A stretch of DNA of 54,612 nucleotides from an uncultured Campylobacter sp. GTDB lineage: Bacteria; Campylobacterota; Campylobacteria; Campylobacterales; Campylobacteraceae. Position 1 is the first letter of the stretch. Every line of letters begins with the position of its first letter. Under the pieces are notes generated by a model. The model was not told the DNA's origin and did not search any database. It was given only the letters and a program-made list of their open reading frames with translations. The stretch lies in contig NZ_CALINL010000010.1 in NCBI RefSeq assembly GCF_938045225.1, positions 1-54,612 on the forward strand. Reading direction: 5' to 3'. Shown piece by piece: positions 41,868 through 51,409 of this stretch. A program made the translations under genes and the position numbers.

Positions 41868-41877
41868 AGGACGGAAA

Positions 41878-44532
41878 ATGAGCCAAAAAACACTAACGAT
41901 CATCGACACTTTCGGATTTTTTTTCAGACTTTACTACGCGATGAGCGGACTAAAAAACCGCGAGGGCAAGCCAAGCGGCATGGTGAGCGGCTTTGCTAGC
42001 TTTATCATGAATTTGCGCCAGGAGTTTGCCAGCGACTATATCATCTTCGCGCTAGATAGCAAGGGCAAAACGCTGCGCCACGAGATCCTGGGCGAGTATA
42101 AAGCCAACCGCTCCGAGCCGCCCGCCGCGCTAAAAGAGCAGCTACCCGTGTGTATCGAGATGATAGAAAAAATGGGCCTAGCCGCCGTGAGCCGCGAAGG
42201 CTACGAGGCCGACGACATCATCGCTAGCGTCGTAAAGGAGTGCAAGCAGCGGGATATATTTGTACGTATCGTGACGCACGATAAGGATCTCTATCAGCTC
42301 ATCGAGGACGGCAAAGTAAGCATCTATAGCCCGCAAAGTAAGATCGACCACGATAGCGCGAGCTGCATAGAAAAATACGGCGTTCCGCCAAGCTGCATAC
42401 GAGATTTTCTCGCGATCGCGGGCGATAGCTCGGATAATATCCCAGGCGTCAAAGGCATCGGCGCGGTGGGTGCTAAAAAGCTACTAAACGAATTTGGCAG
42501 CCTCGAAGGCATCTACGAAACCCTGCCGCTAGTTCGAAACGAACGTATCCGCGGCATGCTAGCAGAGGGGCGAGAGAGCGCGTTTTTGAGCAAGCGCCTA
42601 ACCTCGCTCTTTGACGACGTGCCTGACGTGCTCGATCTAAAAAGGGCGGAATTTCCCGAGCAAAATCCGCTCGTAAAGGTCGCCGACACTCTGCGCGAAT
42701 ACGATCTAAACCGCCTCTTAAAAGCGCTACAAAACAGCGAAAACGCGGGCGAAAACGCGGAATTTAAGCTCGGCTTTAACGCTCGGCTCTTAACGGACGA
42801 GAGCGAGATCGAGCGACTGCTGGCAAATATGGACGCAGACACGCTCGTGGCCTTTGACACCGAGACCACGGACGTCGATACGCAAAACGCCCGTCTGGTC
42901 GGCTTTAGCTTTTGCTTTAACGACGAGGAGGCCTACTACGTGCCGGTGGCGCACGAGTATCTGGGCGCACCAAAGCAGGTGAGCGAGAAATTTGCCGCCT
43001 GGGCGATAGGGCAAATTTACAAAGGCTGCGTGATCGGGCAAAATTTGAAGTACGATTTTAAGGTCGTAAAGCGAAATCTAGGGCTTGAGCCGCCTGTAAA
43101 TTTTAAAGATACGATGATACTAGCGTGGCTCATGGATCCGGGCTCAAGCGTGGGTATGGACGCGCTAGCTAAGCGGCTCTACGACTACGACACGATCAAA
43201 TTTGAAGACGTGGTAAAGCGCGGCGAGACCTTCGCGTCCGTGGCACTGGAAAACGCGGCCAAATACGCCGCCGAGGATGCCTGGATAACGCTGAAGTTTT
43301 ACAAAAGCTTTTTAAATTTGCTCGATCCCGAGCTGCTCGCGCTTGCAGGTAGGCACGAGTTTCCTTTTATCCTCACGCTATTTGATATGGAGCGCGAGGG
43401 CATCGCGATAAACCAGGAGAAAATGCAAAATTTGATCCTGCGAAACGACGCTAAAATCAAGGCTTTAACGAGCGAAATTTACGAGCTAACGGGCGAAAAT
43501 TTTAATATCAACTCCGTTAAGCAGCTGGGCTCGGTACTGTTTGAACACCTAAAACTACCCGTAAAGAAAAAGACAAAAACGGGCTATAGCACCGACGAGG
43601 CCGTACTGGCCGAGCTCATAGAGGAGCATCCCGTCATCGAAAAGCTACTCGAGTACCGCGAGCTATATAAGCTGCAAAGCACATACTGCGAGCCGCTGCT
43701 AAATTTGGCTAAAAAAGACGCCGATAGCAGGATATACACGAACTTTATCCAGACGGGAACTAGCACCGGCAGGCTCTCATCTAAAAATCCGAACCTGCAA
43801 AATATCCCCGCTCGCGGTACGCTGGCAAAAGACGTGCGAGGCTGCTTTGAGGCTAAAAGCGGCTTTAGTTTCGTGGGGCTCGACTACTCGCAGATCGAGT
43901 TGCGACTGCTCGCGCATTTTAGCTGCGACGAGGCGCTTTTGCGGGCGTTTGCGAACGACGAGGACATTCACGCGCGCACGGCGATTAGTATATTCGGTAG
44001 TGCTGAGGGGCAAAACCGCGCGGTGGCAAAGAGCATAAATTTCGGCCTCATCTACGGCATGGGCTCGAGCAAGCTGGCAAATCAAGTAAGCATCACGCGC
44101 GCCGAGGCAAAGGAGTATATCGAGCGCTATTTTAAAGCTTTCCCTACGATAAAGGGCTTTTTAGAAGGGATAAAAACCGCCGCGAAAAGCGAGGGCTTCG
44201 TGCGCACGCTGCTGGGAAGAAAGCGGTTGTTTGACTTTACTACCGCGACGCCGATGCAAACGGCGATGTATGAGCGCGAGGCGGTAAATACGATATTTCA
44301 AGGCTCGGCTGCGGATATCATCAAGATGGCGATGGTAAAAATCCGCCCGCTTTTAAGTCCGCGCGCTAGGATGCTTTTGCAGATACACGACGAACTAATC
44401 TTCGAGGTGCAGGACGGTTATGCGCAGGAATTCGGCGTAGCGGCGCAAAAGATAATGCAAGAAATTTATAAACTAAACGTGCCGCTTAAAACGAGCCTAA
44501 ACGTGGCGAAGGATTGGGGCGAGCTGAAGTAA
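41878..44532 (+). CDS. polA: DNA polymerase I
   Basis: 5'-3' exonuclease (YEADD, GDSSDNIPGV), FDTETT, DYSQIELR, KSINFGLIYG and QIHDEL motifs. Confidence 0.99.
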   Translation: MSQKTLTIIDTFGFFFRLYYAMSGLKNREGKPSGMVSGFASFIMNLRQEFASDYIIFALDSKGKTLRHEILGEYKANRSEPPAALKEQLPVCIEMIEKMGLAAVSREGYEADDIIASVVKECKQRDIFVRIVTHDKDLYQLIEDGKVSIYSPQSKIDHDSASCIEKYGVPPSCIRDFLAIAGDSSDNIPGVKGIGAVGAKKLLNEFGSLEGIYETLPLVRNERIRGMLAEGRESAFLSKRLTSLFDDVPDVLDLKRAEFPEQNPLVKVADTLREYDLNRLLKALQNSENAGENAEFKLGFNARLLTDESEIERLLANMDADTLVAFDTETTDVDTQNARLVGFSFCFNDEEAYYVPVAHEYLGAPKQVSEKFAAWAIGQIYKGCVIGQNLKYDFKVVKRNLGLEPPVNFKDTMILAWLMDPGSSVGMDALAKRLYDYDTIKFEDVVKRGETFASVALENAAKYAAEDAWITLKFYKSFLNLLDPELLALAGRHEFPFILTLFDMEREGIAINQEKMQNLILRNDAKIKALTSEIYELTGENFNINSVKQLGSVLFEHLKLPVKKKTKTGYSTDEAVLAELIEEHPVIEKLLEYRELYKLQSTYCEPLLNLAKKDADSRIYTNFIQTGTSTGRLSSKNPNLQNIPARGTLAKDVRGCFEAKSGFSFVGLDYSQIELRLLAHFSCDEALLRAFANDEDIHARTAISIFGSAEGQNRAVAKSINFGLIYGMGSSKLANQVSITRAEAKEYIERYFKAFPTIKGFLEGIKTAAKSEGFVRTLLGRKRLFDFTTATPMQTAMYEREAVNTIFQGSAADIIKMAMVKIRPLLSPRARMLLQIHDELIFEVQDGYAQEFGVAAQKIMQEIYKLNVPLKTSLNVAKDWGELK

Positions 44533-44607
44533 AATAGGCAAATTTGAGCGTTTAGCCGAAGTCAAATTTGGCGGTTAAACTTGAGGGTCTAACGACGATA
44601 AGTTTTT

Positions 44608-44637
44608 AAATTTAACCGCTTGCGGGCGGTTAAATTT
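44608..44637. terminator. hairpin after polA (convergent region)
   Basis: AAATTTAACCGC/GCGGTTAAATTT 12-bp stem. Confidence 0.65.
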
Positions 44638-44724
44638 GAGATAAAATTGCAGAGTAAATTTAAAAAGACGGGATTAAATTTGTTTCTCGGCAAAGGCTAC
44701 TGCAAGTAGCATGATGTGTGGCGA

Positions 44725-45380
44725 CTACCGAGCCTCGGCACAAAAGTCTTCTTTTTTATACGGCGCTCGCTCACAAAGAGTAGAGTATAGTTTCTTTGGC
44801 TTTTTCATAAAATTCTTTAGTTTGTTTTCGTAAGCCATAGCCGCCATAAGGCAAGAAGAAATGTAGTATTTTTGGCTATAGCAGGATTTTTCTGCAGTTT
44901 TAAACGATTGTACGAATTTGTCTTCAAAATATAAGATACCTCCTAACAAAAGACACCTTTGTTTGTCTATTTCGCAGGCTTTGTTCGCATAAAAATACGC
45001 CTGTTTCGATCGTGTTTCGTAGTAATCGCCCAAGAGTTCGCAACTGAGCGCAGAGCCTTTGTTGCATGCCTACTTGTAAAGTTTTATTGCCTGCCGCGGC
45101 TTGTTATTTCCTTTTAAAACTTTTCCGTAAAGCGCGCAGGCATATTGGTTTCCGTCTTCGCACATCGGGCTTAAAATTTCAGCGGCTTTTTGTAGTCTTT
45201 GCTTTTCGTATGGATTCTGCCTTGTATCAAACAAGCGTCAAAATCGCCGTTTATACATAGTTTTCCTAGATTTTCTACAGCATTTTGCGCATCTTTTTCT
45301 CTGTTTTTCATTTTGTCGTTTTTGTTTAGGAAAAATACCATTTCGCAAGCTTGCGCGTCTTTTTGCTCGCAGCTATTTAA
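44725..45380 (-). pseudogene. degenerate Sel1-like (Hcp-type) repeat protein, paralog of the adjacent gene
   Basis: Manual translation CEQKDAQACE...KDYKK, frameshift at the T5 run 45187-45191, AAEILSPMCEDGNQYACALYG...KLYK*(TAG 45070-45072)ACNKGSALSCELLG; no intact start or signal peptide. Confidence 0.85.
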
Positions 45381-45387
45381 AGGGCTA

Positions 45388-46218
45388 TTACGGCTCTGTT
45401 ACCGGTAAAAAAGTACGCGAAGGCGGAGTATTTTTAGCCTTTTTGCAAAAGTCGTTTTTCATATAAGGCGCTTGTTTGCAAAGCTTAATATATAATTTTC
45501 TTGGCGCTTCAATAAGATTTGCTACTATGCTATGTTGATAGGTTGAATCCGCCATCAGGCAAGGGATAATATTATATTTTTGGTTATAGCAGGATTTCTC
45601 GAAAGCATAAAACGCGTCAATGTATTCGCCCGCTTCTCGTAGTACGAGTCCATACCCATAGCACATTTTCTCGTTCATTTCGCAAGCTTGTTTCATATAG
45701 AAATACGCCTGCTTCATATCTTCCCTGAAGTAGTAACGACCAAGAAGATCGCATCCGCGAGCGGAGCCTTTATCGCATGCTTGATTAAAAAGCTCCACGG
45801 CTCGCTTCGACTCTCCTTTTTCTCTAAATGCGCCTCCGTAAAGCGCGCAAGCGTCTTGGTTGCCGCTTTCGCACATCGGGCTTAAAATTTTAGCCGCTTT
45901 TTCAAAGTCTTTGTACTTTTTGTTTATTGAGTAGATGTTGCCTAGTATCAAGCAGGCGTTTAAATTTTTTTCGGCGCATAATTTATCTAGATTTTCCATT
46001 GATTCTTGCATAATTTTTTCGTCGTTTTCTATTTCGCCTTCTTTATGCATCGAAAAAATTTGTTCGCAGGCTAGGGCGTCTTTTTGTTGGCAGAGATTTG
46101 CATATTTGTTGAACTGCTTAGCAAAAAGCTCTTTTTGTTTGGCATCAAATTCCTCAGCTCGGCTAGCTGCCGTAAAAACAAGCAAAATAGCGAACGTTGC
46201 AGAAAATAAATTTTTCAT
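45388..46218 (-). CDS. secreted cysteine-rich Sel1-like repeat protein
   Basis: Signal peptide from ATG 46218 (AAGGA RBS); repeated paired-Cys units such as ACDKGSARGCDLLG. Confidence 0.88.
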   Translation of the reverse strand: MKNLFSATFAILLVFTAASRAEEFDAKQKELFAKQFNKYANLCQQKDALACEQIFSMHKEGEIENDEKIMQESMENLDKLCAEKNLNACLILGNIYSINKKYKDFEKAAKILSPMCESGNQDACALYGGAFREKGESKRAVELFNQACDKGSARGCDLLGRYYFREDMKQAYFYMKQACEMNEKMCYGYGLVLREAGEYIDAFYAFEKSCYNQKYNIIPCLMADSTYQHSIVANLIEAPRKLYIKLCKQAPYMKNDFCKKAKNTPPSRTFLPVTEP

Positions 46219-46364
46219 TTTTATCCTTTTAATTTTTATACTTTTATACTGCGGCTGAGTAAATTTTACCGAAAAAATCCGTTTTGGCATAAACTTTTCT
46301 AGACATACGCCAACAAACCATATCCAAAAGCTAGCTTTAGTGCTGACTTAAACGATACTACGCA

Positions 46365-46399
46365 TAATCCGTCTTGCGCCTCTAAGCCAAGACGGATTA
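46365..46399. terminator. 12-bp hairpin downstream of ttdB
   Basis: TAATCCGTCTTG/CAAGACGGATTA. Confidence 0.5.
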
Positions 46400-46568
46400 G
46401 CAAGCAATGCATGTAAAATAGCTCATCAAAGCTCGCTTTTTACAGTAAATTTATAAAACGCAAAACCGCGTACCTATAAATTTATGGTAAGTAGGAGAAA
46501 GACTCGCTATAGCTTATAAATTTAATTCAAATTTTTATGCGTGTTTTGCGCAAGTCGCTCAAATTTAA

Positions 46569-47189
46569 CTACTTTATAAACCCGACCTGCGGTAAAATTT
46601 CAGCCAGCGCCGCGTCCTTTTTCTCGTTAAATTTAACCTTGTTTTGCTCAAAAAGGTTGTTTCCGTGCGCATCTATCGAGACTATTAATGGGCCAAATTC
46701 CTTCACGCGGCACTTCCACAAGGTCTCTGGCATCCCAAGCTCCGTCCAGTCGGCACTCTCGATCTCCTCGACCTGCGTCGCGGCGACCACCGCGCAGCCT
46801 GCGGGAAATACGCAGTGTATCGCGCCAAACTCCTTGCAGCCGCTCATCGTGCCCTCGCCCATGCCGCCTTTGCCGACAATGAGGCGCACGCCCGTTTTGG
46901 CGATAAATTCGCGCTCGAATTTCTCCATCCTCATGCTAGTCGTCGGCCCGACCGAAACCATCTCAAAGCTTTCTTTGCCGCCGCCGTCCATTTTTCTGAT
47001 GATCGGCCCCGCGTGCAGGATCGCGCCGCCCCTGATGTCTAGCGGCAGCTCGCGACCCTCCTGCACGACGCGTCTGTGCGGCACGTCGCGACAGGTGACG
47101 ATGTGCCCGGTTAGATAGATCACGTCGCCGATTTTGATATCCGCTAGATCCTCGGGCGCGATCGGCGTGGTTAAAATTTTCTTACTCAT
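46569..47189 (-). CDS. ttdB: L(+)-tartrate dehydratase beta subunit
   Basis: KKILTTPI...[26 protein letters not shown] and ELGMPETLW closely follow E. coli TtdB. Confidence 0.9.
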   Translation of the reverse strand: MSKKILTTPIAPEDLADIKIGDVIYLTGHIVTCRDVPHRRVVQEGRELPLDIRGGAILHAGPIIRKMDGGGKESFEMVSVGPTTSMRMEKFEREFIAKTGVRLIVGKGGMGEGTMSGCKEFGAIHCVFPAGCAVVAATQVEEIESADWTELGMPETLWKCRVKEFGPLIVSIDAHGNNLFEQNKVKFNEKKDAALAEILPQVGFIK

Positions 47190-48084
47190 AGCGCGAACTC
47201 CTTGTGCGATTTTACGGCAAAATTTAGCCCCGCGTCCCAGACGATGTGCCCTTTGCGGTGCGACCAGCAGCCCACGTTTACGGCGACGGCGATGACGCTT
47301 GGGTGGCGGGCGCAGTTTTGTATATGCACGCCCATGACCGAGCTTGCGCCGCTCATGCCTTGCGGGCCTAGGCCGATTTTATTGATGCCCTCTTCGAGCA
47401 GCTTTTCGGTTAGCGCGGCGCGCTCGTTTGGATTATGCGAGCCAAGAGGCCTCATCAGCGCTTTTTTGGATAGCAAGGATGCCACGTCGATCGAGGTGCC
47501 CACGCCTACGCCCACTAGCAGCGGCGGACAGGCGTTTATGCCGTAGCTTGTCATTATATCCATAGCAAATTTAACGACGCCCTCATAGCCCAGCCAGGCA
47601 TCAGCACGGTCGCCTTGCCAGGTAGGCTACAGCCGCCGCCTGCCATATATGTGTCTATCTCACACTCGCTGCTTTGCGGTACGATCTCCCAAAATACGCT
47701 AGGCGTGCCCTTGCCGACGTTTTTGCCGGTGTTGTACTCGTCAAAGGTCTCGACGCTGTTGTGACGCAGCGGAGCCTCGCGCGTCGCTCGCAGTACGGCC
47801 TCTCGCAGCAGCTCCTCAATCTCGCCGATGAGCGGGAAGTTCGCTCCGCAGCGCACGAAAAACTGGATCACGCCCGTATCCTGACAGGACGGACGATCTA
47901 GCTGCTTAGCTAGGCGCTGGTTTTCAAACATCGTTTTGTAGATTTCTCTCGCCAGCGGCTGCGTCTCGCGCTCGGCGAGCTCGCTTAGCTTCGCCGTCAC
48001 GTCGTCGGGCAGCACTTTGCCCGTGTAGCCGACGAATTTCGCCATGACCTCGGTCATCTTTTGCACGGCTTTTTCTTTATCCAT
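47186..48084 (-). pseudogene. ttdA: L(+)-tartrate dehydratase alpha subunit with a 1-nt frameshift
   Basis: Starts MDKEKAV (48084); CQDTG and AGGGCSLPG motifs. Restoring one base near 47592 gives LMPG(M)GYEGVVKFAMDIM, joining NACPP and GCWSHR. Confidence 0.88.
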
Positions 48085-48517
48085 CGCTTCTCCTTTGCCG
48101 GTTTTTACTTTCAAATTTTTCACTGATACCCGCCAGGATGCAGCCTGCGGCGTAGCAGAGCAGGTCGGCGAAATCAAACGTCCCGCCGATCATTACTTTT
48201 AAAATTTTATTTTCTATGCCTAAAATTTGCACGGCACCCAGATACTGCGCGAGCTCTAAAGCCGCCGCAAACGCGAAAATTTTAAGCGGTAAATTTGAAG
48301 GCGGCGCGCTAAATGTAGCCCTCGTCAAAACGTAAAGCAAGATAACCGCCAAAACATCGCCTGCGTAGTGGCGCACGAAGCCGCCCTTTATGCAGATCGC
48401 GATATAAATTTCGACCGCCAAAAGCACGCCAGCCGCGGCTAAAAACGCTAGCCTTGTTTGCGGCTTTTGCGCGAGCTTTGCGGCACTTTTTTGCTCGTTT
48501 AAATTCTCCCCTCGCAA
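48077..48517 (-). CDS. DUF2809 family membrane protein
   Basis: FVRHYAGDVLAVILLY, LELAQY and IGGTFDFADLLCY motifs. Start uncertain; TTG at 48517 follows an AGGA. Confidence 0.75.
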   Translation of the reverse strand: MRGENLNEQKSAAKLAQKPQTRLAFLAAAGVLLAVEIYIAICIKGGFVRHYAGDVLAVILLYVLTRATFSAPPSNLPLKIFAFAAALELAQYLGAVQILGIENKILKVMIGGTFDFADLLCYAAGCILAGISEKFESKNRQRRSDG

Positions 48518-48582
48518 CGCTTTCCTTTTAAATTTAGCCTTCAAATTTAGCCGTTAAATTTGCCTCGCGCGCGGGCGTAAAT

Positions 48583-49329
48583 TTAGAGATGATTTATCAG
48601 GCTCGCGTTGTACGCGGCGCCGAATCCGTTGTCGATATTTACGACGCTAACGCCGTTTGCGCAGCTGTTTAGCATCGCTAGCAGTGCCGCCAGCCCGCCA
48701 AAGCTCGCTCCGTATCCCACGCTGGTGGGCACCGCGATCACGGGCACGCTAACAAGACCAGCCAGCACGCTAGCTAACGCACCCTCCATGCCGGCTACCG
48801 CGATCACGACCTTTGCGCCGCGTATCTGATCTAAATTTGCGATCAACCTATGCAGTCCCGCCACGCCCGCGTCGCTAAATTTGCGCACGTCGTTGCCTAG
48901 AAATCTCGCCGTTTCGTACGCCTCCTCCACGACCGCGCCGTCTGCGGTGCCTGCGGAGACTATCGCGATGTAGCTTTGCGTGAGCGTGGGCTCTTTAAAT
49001 TTGACGCTGATGACGCGGCCGCGAGCATTAAACTCCGCCTGCGGCAACGTCTTGCGCACCAGCTTAAAAACCTGCTCGTTTGTGCGCGTGATCAGGATAT
49101 TTTGCCCTCTCGCGCCGATCGCACCGGCGATGCGTAAAATTTCATCATCAGTCTTGCCCTCGCCGTAGATCACCTCGCCCGCGCCGTTTCGCAGGGCGCG
49201 CTGGGTGTCGATCTTGGCGCAGCCCACGTCCTCGTAGGGGTAGTTTTTCAGGTATTTTAGCGCTTCTTGCTCGCTCACGCGGCCGCTTTTTATCCCCTCG
49301 AAAAGCTCTAAAATTTCACCCTCTCTCAT
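48583..49329 (-). CDS. larB: NPN cofactor biosynthesis carboxylase/hydrolase LarB
   Basis: EVIYGEGKT, SAGTAD, VAGMEGAL, VPTSVGYG and LNSCANGVSVVNIDNGFGA motifs. Confidence 0.95.
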   Translation of the reverse strand: MREGEILELFEGIKSGRVSEQEALKYLKNYPYEDVGCAKIDTQRALRNGAGEVIYGEGKTDDEILRIAGAIGARGQNILITRTNEQVFKLVRKTLPQAEFNARGRVISVKFKEPTLTQSYIAIVSAGTADGAVVEEAYETARFLGNDVRKFSDAGVAGLHRLIANLDQIRGAKVVIAVAGMEGALASVLAGLVSVPVIAVPTSVGYGASFGGLAALLAMLNSCANGVSVVNIDNGFGAAYNASLINHL

Positions 49330-50098
49330 GCAAAACATCCTCTCTAAGCCCCTTTAGATCGAGCGTCACCTCCGCTGCACCAAGCGAGACGAGCCGTCTA
49401 ACGACGCTTTTAAATTTTGCATCGTTTAGGAAGTCTCGCATGCTGGAAAAGGGCATTTGCAGCTTTATATTTTTGCGGTCGCACCGCGCGCGGACGTTTG
49501 CGTAGCCGCTTGCGATGAGTAGATTTTCCGCGGCTTCGATCAAATTTAGCTCGCTCTCATCGATCTCGCGCCCGTGCGGCAAGCGCGTTAGCAAGCACGC
49601 GTAGCCCGGTTTTTCGGCAGTGGGTAAATTTAACTCGCGCGAGAGCTCGCGGATCTCGGATTTGGTTAAATTTATCAGCGGCGAGAGCACGCCTAGCTCC
49701 TCTTTTGCTTTGAGCCCGGGGCGGTATTCGCCCAGATCGTCTCGGTTCGTGCCGTCTGCGACGCGGCTAAAGCCAAGCTCACGGGCGCGCTCTATCAGGC
49801 GCGAAAACACCGCCTTTTTGCACAGATAGCAGCGGTTTTCTGGATTGTCTTTGATCCCCTCCGCGACGCCGAGCTCTAAAATTTCGTGCCTGATGCTGTA
49901 GATGCGGGCAAATTCTACGGCTTCTGCGATCTCGCGCGAGGACATGTAGGGCGATCTGATCGTTATGCCGATCGCGCGCTCACCCAGCGCGTCGTATGCC
50001 GCACGCAGCAGCAGCGAGCTGTCCGCGCCGCCGCTAAATGCGACTGCGAGTTCGCCCAGCCCGCGCAGATCAGCCTTTAGTTTTTCTAGTTTCGTCAT
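49316..50098 (-). CDS. larE: ATP-dependent sulfur transferase LarE
   Basis: PP-loop AFSGGADS, RCYLCK, DGTNRDD..YRPG and ACLLTR motifs. Confidence 0.93.
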   Translation of the reverse strand: MTKLEKLKADLRGLGELAVAFSGGADSSLLLRAAYDALGERAIGITIRSPYMSSREIAEAVEFARIYSIRHEILELGVAEGIKDNPENRCYLCKKAVFSRLIERARELGFSRVADGTNRDDLGEYRPGLKAKEELGVLSPLINLTKSEIRELSRELNLPTAEKPGYACLLTRLPHGREIDESELNLIEAAENLLIASGYANVRARCDRKNIKLQMPFSSMRDFLNDAKFKSVVRRLVSLGAAEVTLDLKGLREDVLHERG

Positions 50099-51407
50099 AG
50101 ATTTCTAGCGCCTCTTTTCGCACCCGCTCGATCGTCGTGCCGTGCGCGAGCGCCGCGGCCTTGCAGTCCTCAAATTCGGGCTTTGCTTTTTGCGTTTGGC
50201 CGCTGCCTGAAATTTTGAGCCCTATCTCGCCGAATTTCGTCTGCACACGCACAAACTCGCGCTTTAGTTCGGTTTTAGCAACCTCTATCTCGCGGACGCC
50301 GATCGCCGTCGTGTGCGTAAATATCAGATCCTTTAAATTTTGTGCGTCCTGCTCGCGGCACAGCGCATTTAGCTCAAAGCCCGCGCGCCCCTTTTTCATA
50401 AAAATAGAGCGGCTAAATACGTCCAGCGCGCCGTTTTCGCGCAAAATTTCGCAGGCAAAGGCAAAGCTCTCGGCATCCATATCGTCGATGTTGGTGGAGA
50501 TTAAAATTTGCTTGCAAACCTCGCCGTAGCCAGCTCGCGCGCCTAAATTTGACTTGTCGCTTTCGCCGCTTAGATCCGCCTCGCAGATCATCGCGCGAAG
50601 CACGTTTGCAAAGCCAGCGGCGTCACGCTCGCCAGCGCCGTAGCCGATCTTTTCGATTTTAAAGCTCGCGCCGTCCGTAAACTCGTCCGCGCAGGCCTTT
50701 AAAATCGCCGCTCCCGTGGGCGTTGTCATCTCGAAATTTGCGCGCCCAAGGCTTACGGGCACGCCTTTTAAAATTTCGCAAACGGCGGGTGCCGGCACGC
50801 TAAGAGCGCCGTGATCGCAGATCGCTACGCCGCCGCCAAGCTCGATAGGCGAAGTAAAAATTTGCGGCGCGCCCAAAGCCTCCAAGCAGATAGCCGCGCC
50901 CACTACGTCCGCGATGCTGTCTGCGGCGCCAACTTCGTGAAAATGTACTTGCCCTACGCTAGTGCCGTGGATTTTGGCCTCGGCTCGCGCGATAACGCTA
51001 AAAATTTCGCTTGCCGTTTTTTTTACGAAAGTGCTTAGGCTAGAGCTCTCGATAAGCTCTAAAATTTGCGTGAAATTTCGCGGACGCGGATGGTTTTGGG
51101 CGGGCTTATCCGCTCTAAATTCGGCGCTGTGAATTTTGCCGTTTAAATTTTGACGCGGGCTAAATTTAGCGCCTAAGAGGCCAAGCGGAATTTGGCTCGG
51201 ATTTGCCGCGCAAACGACGTCGATTTTGGTCGCGGCGATGCCGTTTTTTAACACGTTTTTGCGCTCTAGCTTAAATTCGCCGGCTAAATTTAATTTCTCA
51301 AGCTCGGTGCAAAGATAGCCAAAATCCACTCCGAGCCCCACCAGCGCGCCTAAATTCATATCGCCGCTGATGCCGCAGCTCGCGTCGTAATATAAAATTT
51401 TAGCCAA
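50070..51407 (-). CDS. larC: NPN nickel insertase LarC (single ORF)
   Basis: GISGDMNLGAL, VHFHEVGAADSIAD, EMTTPTGAA, TNIDDM and KPEFEDC motifs. Confidence 0.94.
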   Translation of the reverse strand: MAKILYYDASCGISGDMNLGALVGLGVDFGYLCTELEKLNLAGEFKLERKNVLKNGIAATKIDVVCAANPSQIPLGLLGAKFSPRQNLNGKIHSAEFRADKPAQNHPRPRNFTQILELIESSSLSTFVKKTASEIFSVIARAEAKIHGTSVGQVHFHEVGAADSIADVVGAAICLEALGAPQIFTSPIELGGGVAICDHGALSVPAPAVCEILKGVPVSLGRANFEMTTPTGAAILKACADEFTDGASFKIEKIGYGAGERDAAGFANVLRAMICEADLSGESDKSNLGARAGYGEVCKQILISTNIDDMDAESFAFACEILRENGALDVFSRSIFMKKGRAGFELNALCREQDAQNLKDLIFTHTTAIGVREIEVAKTELKREFVRVQTKFGEIGLKISGSGQTQKAKPEFEDCKAAALAHGTTIERVRKEALEIYDETRKTKG

Positions 51408-51409
51408 AC

